The notes below the pieces were generated by a model. That model did not search any database. It was not told the origin of the DNA and saw only the letters and a program-made list of their open reading frames with translations. The translations under genes were made by a program, and so were the position numbers. A stretch of 64,000 nt of DNA, taken from Nitrospirales bacterium. GTDB lineage: Bacteria; Nitrospirota; Nitrospiria; Nitrospirales; UBA8639. The DNA is taken from NCBI GenBank assembly GCA_965203295.1, contig CBDBCZ010000019.1:1-64000 (forward strand), in the 5' to 3' direction. Below are positions 1 to 17,900 of this stretch, one piece after another. Within the stretch, counting starts at the first letter, position 1, and every line of letters starts with the position of its first letter.

Positions 1-1
1 T

Positions 2-2031
2 CAGTGGCGGATTGAAATCGCCCGCTACTGGAAGTTTGCCGGCAGGACGAGGCACAGCCGGGGGAAATCCCCAGGAGTAAAAGCCGCCTCGGCAACGATT
101 TGCAGCCCTCTGCTGGCACTACTGCTGTCGTTCTGCCTCATCACGGCTCCCTCCTTGCTACTGCAGGCAGGGGATGTGGAGAGGAACCCTGGACCTCCCA
201 AGAGAATTAAGCTACGAAGTGACGCTGCTAGTAGCCCTCAGCCTCCCAAAAGAATAAAGCTACAGAGTGAGTGTGACAGTCGGGAGTAGATAAACACTAC
301 ATCTGAGTCGGTGATTCAGTTTATCTAGTGCTATCCATTCAAAGGGGCTACCCCATTGCTATAGAGAGATACTTATGTACATGTACATGTATAATGGCTA
401 TATATTACTAGGTGTGCAGTCATTGAAACAAGCTGGGTCATCTCATATCCCCCTAAAAGAAGCTGCGTTGGTATGCAGCGATTGCTGCTTAATGCATACA
501 CTACTATATTGCCAGCCATTAAATTATCAGCACACCATCAACAAAGTTATTAGACTCTTTTTTCACCAAATATATCATTATATCCCCTCCCCCACTTTCA
601 TCAGGTAAACTGACTATCAATGACTTAGGAGATGTATATGAAGAAATATATGAGGCACGTACAAAAGCTTATAATATTGGTATCAAGCTAAGGTTGTCAG
701 CGGATACACTGGAGAGCATTCCTATTCATCTTGATAAGCAACTCTGGGGAGTTCTAACAGCATGGCTCAGGAATGCCGAAAACCCAACATGGCAGGACAT
801 AGTTGAAGCTCTGAGAAGTAAAATGGTTGGACACTCAAAGCTGGCCAGAGACATTGAGGCTAAACGCTGTGCTACAGCCAAGACTGGACAGGCAAGTGGA
901 CAGACAATGCCAACGTTGGATACACAGCTGCAGACCCTGCAATCCCTACAGCAGGCACTACAGGAGTCCCAAGAACTCCGAATCAGGGACCAACAGGATA
1001 GTGAGAGACGCATATGTACCCTACGGCGGAAGAGTCAGAGGCAAATTGAGAAACTGAAACAGCAAGTACATGAGAAACAGTGCATGATTGATAAGAGAGA
1101 GAAGCTGCTAAAAGCAACTGACCAGGACACCTTACAGCGTGAGTACATCACTGGAGAATATCCAACAGTACTTCACCAAAAAGCACCAGAGAAGATGCGT
1201 AGAGGATCTGCAGCTTCAGATTCCAACACAGCATACTTCAATAGCTATGGCTCTACTACAGTCTACAGCTATGACATCGACACACAAGAATGGAATCGGC
1301 TACCATGCACCCCCCACACCCACTTCACCCTAGTGGTGGTACAACACAAGCTAACTATGGTGGGAGGAGCGATATTAGGTAAAGCCACCAACGATCTCTT
1401 CAGCCTCATGAGAAACAAGAGATGGCTGCGTCACTTTCTTCCAATGCCCACCCCACGTTACCTTACTGCAGTTGTATATAGTGGCCATTCGCTCATAGTC
1501 GCTGGAGGAGTGTGTGGTGGTCGCACCATCCCAGTACAAGTACTAACTACAGTGGAAGTGTTGGATACCGGCACTCAGCAGTGGTCCGCTGCTTGCCCTC
1601 TACCACAGCCCTTTGCCCTAGCTACCATATCGATCTGTGGTGAGAGGCTGTACATGCTGGGTGGCTTCACTGAGACTAGCCGAACTTGCTCTGCGCTTAG
1701 CTGCTCCATCCCAAAGCTGCTCCTATCCTGCCAGCTAGAGCCACTCCCATCTACAGTATGGCGGCAAGTAGCTGATGTCCCATACTTCTACTCCTCCTGT
1801 GCCACCCTCTGTGGACAGCTGATTGCAGTGGGAGGATACCACGAAATTTATGGGAACATTAAAGTCATTATCGCCTATAATGAAGAAACTAATTCCTGGG
1901 AATACATGACAGACATTCCAACTGCTCGACGCTGGGCACTAGTAGCCATCCTCAAAGGGAAAATAATGGTTGTCGGAGGTGAGGACAGCCGCTCATATGG
2001 GAATGAATTGGATGTAGTGGAAATACTGTGA
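2..2031 (+). CDS. 2A(StopGo)-Death domain-coiled coil-Kelch repeat protein, 5'-partial. Exons <2..266 and 605..2031; 563 aa in window.
   Basis: Frame 2 is open from base 2: QWRIEIARYW...LLALLLSFCLITAPSLLLQAGDVERNPGPPKRIKL...PPKRIKLQ. Phase-1 donor GTGAGT at 267 and acceptor ctttcatcAG at 604 join in frame with ORF 694..2031. Death-domain-like segment: LTINDLGDVYEEIYEARTKAYNIGIKLRL...LTAWLR...PTWQDIVEAL. A Q/E/K/R-rich coiled coil follows, then Kelch repeats (LTMVGG, LIVAGG, LYMLGG, LIAVGG, IMVVGG with W-x-x-x-x-x-P motifs). The start codon lies left of the window. Confidence 0.88.
152..196 (+). other. 2A/StopGo ribosome-skipping peptide motif SLLLQAGDVERNPG|P
   Basis: Codons 152..196 read tcc ttg cta ctg cag gca ggg gat gtg gag agg aac cct gga cct. 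This fits the D(V/I)ExNPG|P consensus and is 13/15 identical to the end of viral P2A (SLLKQAGDVEENPGP). Confidence 0.9.
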
Positions 2032-2265
2032 TGTGCTTTCTTACATGTACATGTGTTTTTCATTCTTGTTTTTCCATTCTCTCATTTTTTTTTGGTATAG
2101 ATAATACTTACTACACTTACTTGTAATATTTTGTACAACATTATATTCCTGTTTGCTTTGCCTTCTTTGTGCTTCATCGCTGTAGTATTGTCCATCTCTA
2201 TTCTTTCAGTATTATGACTTGTATTTCTGTTGTGTGATGTCATGTTTTTGGTACTGAGCCCTTTC

Positions 2266-2523
2266 AAGGGGTAGTCACTTACGTGTCGCTTGTAGATATG
2301 TTTGCAAATGGGATCAAAATGGAATCAAGCGTTCAAAGTACGTCGTTTTCAGGAGACCCTCAAGGCATCAGGACAAAATCCAAGCAACATAGATAACGAT
2401 CATTCTCAGATACCAAGGAGGCGGGACTACAAAATGCCGGTGATCAAGAACGATTTTTGCTGATCAACATTTAGATTCCATTCGTAAACGTTTCTACAGG
2501 TGGTATATAAGTGACTACCCTTT
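2266..2523. mobile_element. MITE with about 55-bp imperfect terminal inverted repeats
   Basis: Left end aaggggtagtcacttacgtgtcgcttgtagatatgtttgcaaatgggatc is complementary to right end gattccattcgtaaacgtttctacaggtggtatataagtgactaccctt. No coding capacity. Confidence 0.65.
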
Positions 2524-2708
2524 GCCTTTCACTACTGTGTGTATCCTTATAATTAAGAATTCATATGGTAAATTTGCAATAATGTAGCCAATAGCCAAAC
2601 ATTTAGGCCACAGAAGCCACCACCAGTAGTCTCGCAACGCATATCCCTACACCCTTACAGTTATATACACATGGAGGTATGGCTCCACACACATGTACAT
2701 ATGCTTAC

Positions 2709-3193
2709 CCCTAACTCAAAATCCTGTAAATATGAAGGTATGCAAGACTTGTAGAGATGCTGTTGTTTATTCTCTAGTTTAAAATATGCCAAGTAAGGTC
2801 TGTCGCGAGCTGACTCACCACTTCCTCCATCCTAACTCCCAGAGCAGCGTAGCGGCACTGTCGTTCGTGCTTCTCCAGTGAGTCGCGGGGGACGAAATGG
2901 TTGCCGTTCACTGGACACTGCACCAGAGTGGGGCAGGCCTGATGGGAAATGGCGGTGTATACATTAATGGCGTTATAAATAAGCCTTATGCTGTATTTAT
3001 GTGTAATTAAAATACACCCCATGGGCGCTTATTAGAGGCCACGTTCGGTTCTCACTTTTATGGTCTCCTTGCTCCACCCCAGTCGCTCAAGTAGACCGCT
3101 CAGCCATTGCTCCCCTTCTTCAATGTAAGAAGACAGCAGACAGAGCTCTTTCTGGCGCTCGTGGAAGCTACTGGGAGCTGGAATGTTCTCCAT
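2709..3193 (-). CDS. SNRNP48: U11/U12 snRNP 48 kDa protein, 5' part. Exons 3193..3056, 2938..2819 and a possible 15-nt exon 2723..2709; continues leftwards.
   Basis: MENIPAPSSFHERQKELCLLSSYIEEGEQWLSGLLERLGWSKETIK|ACPTLVQCPVNGNHFVPRDSLEKHERQCRYAALGVRMEEV. Contains the CHHC zinc finger C-P-x4-H-x9-H-x3-C preceded by an L-G-W helix, as in U11-48K. Phase-0 GT-AG introns. Confidence 0.75.
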
Positions 3194-3520
3194 CTCCGGC
3201 TCCAGGAGAAACGGGTAGCCCCTTTAATATTATGATTAGCTTCAAACGCGTTAACGAGACTAGTTTGTGACTAATTAGCGCTCTGATTTCCTGGCCTGTT
3301 TGAGCAGCGCGCCGCCAGTGGCGGGAGGTATTGTGCAGCGAACCGGACACCTCGTAAATATCGATGTTTGCAGCTGCAGCGAAACCGCAGTTGATCGTCT
3401 CGAGGGAATTGCTGCACCACTGCTAAGAAAACATTCAGAACTACTACGAGTTTTTTTTTCGTAGCCACGTCTAATCTGTGTCTTCGTGCTACTAAGTAGC
3501 CACGGCCAGGGACAGAAATA

Positions 3521-12922
<9,402 letters not shown>

Positions 12923-13191
12923 GCACTAATAGAGTTACTGATAATTAAATTTGGGAGGGGTATGTCCCTGTCATATCCTTATAGGATAGGCACATTTTTC
13001 TTCTTCATTTTAAATTTGAGTATTTCATACAATTTCCAGGACTTGATTTTGGACTATGGTTCTCGGTCCTTGTAAATAATATTAATGCAGGCCCTAACCC
13101 TGCGTTGCAAATATTAGCTATTGTATGCAGCCTTGATCCAAGGCTCCCCCCACTTAGGCTAGGGAGGAAATATGAACGAAGATAGTTAATT

Positions 13192-13395
13192 ATTTAGAGA
13201 TTCACTCGGTTGGCTAGTAGATTTCATCGTGAAGTTCCAACCCAAAGTTCAGCAGAAGTGCTTTAATTTCGACTACAGTGTTGTAGTCTTCTTCGAGACA
13301 TGAAGAAGACTACATTACAACACTGTAATCGAAACGTCGGCAATTAAAGAACTTCTGCTGAACTTCGGGTTGGAATTGAAGAAACTCAGGATGAG
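13192..13395. mobile_element. Palindromic dispersed element with Penelope-like/hammerhead-like core. Relatives near 26545..26640, 31840..32010 and 57795..57935.
   Basis: Inverted arms ttccaacccaaagttcagcagaagt and acttctgctgaacttcgggttggaa surround tail-to-tail tgaagaagactac...acactgtaatcgaaacgtcggcaa. Flanked by the direct repeat gatagttaatt (13181..13191 and 13396..13406). Confidence 0.6.
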
Positions 13396-13959
13396 GATAG
13401 TTAATTGCTGCTGTATAGAATAAAATCGGGGCCATTCCCATGCATTGTATATGGCCCATTCCCAGGCCTCATTATTCCGTTCCTGGGAATGAGGTTATCA
13501 GAAAAAGGCTACAGCTGACTGCAGCAATGAAACATCTTTACATGAACTTTAATTTATCTTCACTTGTGCAGATCACCTCACCAGCAAAGCCAAAACTGTC
13601 ACTACACTTTAGTAAAAGTTATTTCTGGATCTTATGTCATCTGAGAAAAATGTATTTTATTATTTCTGTTGGTTGGTTCTGTTTATATTGTGTTGTTGTG
13701 ATTGTGTCAACACTGGTGTGCCCACATATTGAACTACTGCACTTCATTGCCGGGTATAAAATGCAATTTAAATAGTGGTATGCACTGTACATGTGTATAT
13801 GTAATGAGTAGCCTCGTCATCCATAACCATAACTATAAATATATAGAACAGCGTAATTAATTGCTGACCTGGAAAGAGGACAGTGTCACTATCTGCTTTT
13901 CCATTAAAATGGGCTAATGGATGTTTACAACATATATACAAAGTTAGAAGTAGTGTTAT

Positions 13960-14740
13960 AGTGAATGTTCACAGAGTTTTTTATTAAATAGAACTATAAT
14001 GCATGGCTGAGGAATGTTCACAATGCGCACAAATTTAAAAATAGGACTATATATATGGGCTGAGTGTTCACGATGTCCACAAAGTTTATAAAAAATAATT
14101 ATGGGCTGAAGAACATTTCTCAGCCTTTATAGCTCAACTTCGTGAACATCTTGTGAACATTTCTCAGCCTTTAACTCTAACTTTGTGAACATTGTGAACA
14201 TCTCTCAGCCCTTACGTTCCATTTTTAAACTTTGCAAATACTGTGAACGTTGTGAACATAATTATCTTTGCCCTTATAGGTCTACGTAGTTTTTAACTTT
14301 GTGAACATTTTGAACATCTCAGCCCTTAAATTCCATTTTAAACTTTGCCAAATTGTGAACAGTGTGAATATCTCTCAGCCCTTATAGCTCTCTTTTTTAA
14401 CTCTGTGAAATTCTGAACATTGTGAACATCTCTCAGCCCTTAAGTTTCATTTTTTGACTTGTGAACGTTGTGAACATATCTTTGCCCTTATAGCTCTAGT
14501 TTTTAACATTGTGAACATCTCTCAGCCCTTAAGTTCCATGTTAAATATAAAAATAGAGCATAAGGGTTGCGAGATGTTCACAATGTTCACAATATTTACA
14601 CAGCTAAAAATAGAGCATATTGTCTGAGAGATGTTCACAATGTTCACGCAAAGTTAAAAACTAGAGCTATAAGGGCAGAGATATGCTCACAACAATCACA
14701 ATATTAGGGCCGAGAGATCTCTAAGCCCTTACGCTCTATT
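13960..14740. repeat. Degenerate fold-back repeat array of tgtgaacat/ctcagccctta modules in alternating orientation
   Basis: Modules read gggctgag..atgttcaca at 13960..14110 and 14545..14720, and tgtgaacat..ctcagccctta at 14110..14540. Confidence 0.7.
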
Positions 14741-14928
14741 TTAACATTAAACGTTAAACAGTGTGATAAGTGTCTCTAGAAGACAAACAAATGAGACCCG
14801 ATGCCCGATGTCAATATGAGCTCCTCCCACTACGTTTGCATTTGAGCCCCACCCATTTTGTGCAGCAAATAACAAGCCACGCCTACTCCTTCGGTGAGCA
14901 GTAATAAGAGTCCACACCGTCAACAAAA

Positions 14929-17900
14929 ATGCTACAGAGCCGGTTGCCAAGAGCGCTGCAACGGATTGGTATACAACAGGTACGTACAACACAGCCTCCT
15001 ACCCAATTTGTTTTGCGAGTTTAAGCTGGCAGCGGAGACTGCGAAACTAGGAAATCATTTCGACCGAGGCGTGAGACTTTGAATGGATAGGTTTCCATCA
15101 TAGATAATATAACCTAAGAAGGTTATGTTTCCATGCTATTCGTAGTAATATCTAATCCTAGCATTGTTCCCAGGCTCCACTCGTAGCTTTTTTTTCGCAC
15201 CGTGTTAGAAGCTGGGGTGGAGGCCTGGGAATGAGGCTATAAATCCAAACGCATGAAGCATCCTTAATGCAGAGGCGTTCTTATTTCAGGGGTGTCCTTT
15301 AAGAGGGGTTCCACTGTACACCAAACACATGTTAGATTCGCCAACACAGCTCTGTTATCTCTACAGCTGCGAGCTCTTTCTAGCAGTCTGCTGCCGAAGA
15401 GCGTAAAGATCGTGGAAGTGGGGCCCAGGGACGGTCTGCAGAATGAAAAGGTACGTTTCTACGTATGGAAAGCAGCTTTTTACTGGCCTCATTCCCAGTT
15501 CCCATTCTATGTGCATTGCTGGCCTCATTCCCAGTTCCCATACCATGTGCATTGCTGGTCTCATTCCCAGTTCCCATACCATGTGTATGGCATCTAGATT
15601 TATCCCTGCGAGAAATTTTTAGAGAGGCTACTTAATAACCCTAGGAATAGATTTGAAGCCTACGTACTAATCTCTCTGAGCTGCTATCATAAAATACAAA
15701 CACATAAATTCTGCCCTCCCTCCCTCCCCTCTCTCCCTCCCTCCCTCCCCTCCCTCCCTCCCTCCCCTCTCTCCCTCCCTCCCCTCCTCTCCCTCCCTCC
15801 CTCCCTCCCTCCCCTCCCTCCCTCCCTCCCCTCTCTCCCTCCCTCCCTCCCTCCCCTCCCTCCCTCCCTCCCTCCCAGACCACCGTACCCACTGCTGTGA
15901 AGATAGAGCTCATCAACCGACTCTCAAGAACTGGACTGCCAGTGGTGGAGGTCACCAGCTTCGTGTCTCCACAGTGGGTCCCTCAGGTGGGCCCCATACT
16001 AATTTACCTAATTAAAGGGATGCCCCTTTATATTAGGTATCCACCCTAAGTGTCTTTAATCGTTATTTTGAATAAGTGCACACCGAGTATTTATTGGGAT
16101 CACCAACCACTGCTTATATGTCTTCAGAGTCTTGGAACAGGAAACTAGCCTCTCTCCCATAAGTTTAGTGCAATTTTTTGACCCGTAGCCTCTCTCCCAT
16201 TAAGTTCAGCGCAATTTTCTGACCGTAGCCTCTCTCCCATTAAGTTCAGCACAATTTTCTGACCCGTAGCCTCTCTCCCAATAAGTTCAGCACAATTTTC
16301 TGACTCGTAGCCTCTCCCATTAAATTCAGCGCAATTTTCTGACCCGTGTCAAGGAACCTGAATTCCTGACTATGTGTGTATATTGTGGAAGATATGTAAC
16401 CTCCCTCCCTTCCTCCACTCCTCCCCTCCCTTCCCCTCCCCTCCCCTCCCCTCCCCTCCCCTCCCCTCCCCTCCCCTCCCCTCCCCTCCCCTCCCCTCCC
16501 CTCCCCTCCCCTCCCCTCCCCTCCCTTCCCCTCCCCTCCCACACAGATGGCCGACCACACTGAAGTCCTGCAAGGCATTGAAAAGCACCCTAACGTCAGC
16601 TACCCCGTTCTAACACCAAACCTCAAGGGATTTGAGGCAGCAGTGAGTTTCTTACGACCGTAAGACTGGTTTTTAATTGCGTAGTGAAATCATTGCGTTT
16701 TTGCATTGTGGATGCAAATCACGCATTTTATAATTGCGTGCGTTTATGCGTGTGCGTACTGCGTAATGCATGATTTAAAAAATAATTGCATTTGCAATTG
16801 CAATTATTAGATCATCACAATTAAAACCGGTCCTATGGTATATTGGAAGTACTAGTGCAACCTTGTCTGCCTCACACAATTGAAATTGTGGACTCTGAAG
16901 AGAGCTAGATTTGTAGAGGCTGATGGCACTACTGTAATCCCAACCCAGTGTTATTAATGAATTGCAGGTGGCTGCAGGAGCTAAGGAGGTTGCCATATTT
17001 GGGGCAGCTTCAGAGACATTTAGTAGGTGAGTGGCTATAGGGGCGGAGATTATAACCTATGTAGGTGTGGCTATATCTTATGTATGGGTGTAGTCTCATT
17101 CCCAGACCTCAATGGTGGGTGAGGTCTGGGTAAGAGACTGCACAGGCAATGGTAATTTCACTATAGCGACGTGGTGACCTGGTATTATGTGTTACGACTT
17201 CTGTTTAACCAGCTATTAACCCTTTACACCCGAACCAAAAACTAAAAAAAATTGCGGAAAAAAAACAAAAAGAGTGCAGCGGATTCGAACCAGAGAACGT
17301 ATGCTTTATACACTATAGACCGGCCTCCACTGGAATGGAGGGCCTGCAGAGGCTTATAAACACTATTTCCAGGCACATTTGGCCGCTATCGGGTGTATAA
17401 TTTCTTTTTCTCTCAGGAAGAACATCAACTGCTCCATTGATGAGAGTCTGGAGAGATTCCGAGTAGTGTGTCAGGCAGCAGCCAGGAAGAACGTCCCAGT
17501 GAGAGGGTGAGACACATGCGCCCAAATTTTGAAAACATTTCCTTGCCCCTGGATCGCCTCAGACATTAAATGAATTTCTGATGAAAGAATTGAGCGAAAT
17601 TGTTAAATACAGCTCTACACAAATCTTGCAAACTGCTTTTTTTGCAGCAAAAGTGCCAAATGAGCAGTTGTTGACTTAAAGGAATAGCTATATACACTCC
17701 AGCACCATATTCAAGTTATCTGCTGAGGGTTTAGTTTAGCGTTAGGGTTAGGTTTATCGTTAAGGTTAGGGAATCAGGTTTGGGGTGGTTAGGGCCAGGG
17801 TTAGGACTAGGGTTAGGACTAGGGTTAGGGCAAGGGTTAGGGCAAGGGTTAGGGCAAGGGTTAGGGCAAGGGTTAGGGCTAAGGTTATGGCAAGGATTAG

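Noticed and set aside
694..2031. ORF-track start at 694 as the true start
   Set aside because: It is a TTG in the middle of the death domain. The frame extends to the acceptor at 605 and splices to the 2A exon.
2541..2550. GTATCCTT U12-type donor-like word near the minor-spliceosome gene
   Set aside because: It lies on the opposite strand to SNRNP48, downstream of the Kelch stop codon, with no exon upstream or U12 branch site identified.
17215..17400. tRNA-like GGTTCGAATCC fragment and TTAA-CCCT piggyBac-like end, with a relative at about 27470..27545
   Set aside because: There is only a T-loop-like word and a short shared cgggtgtaaagggtt motif. No cloverleaf or convincing paired TIR, so it cannot be classified.
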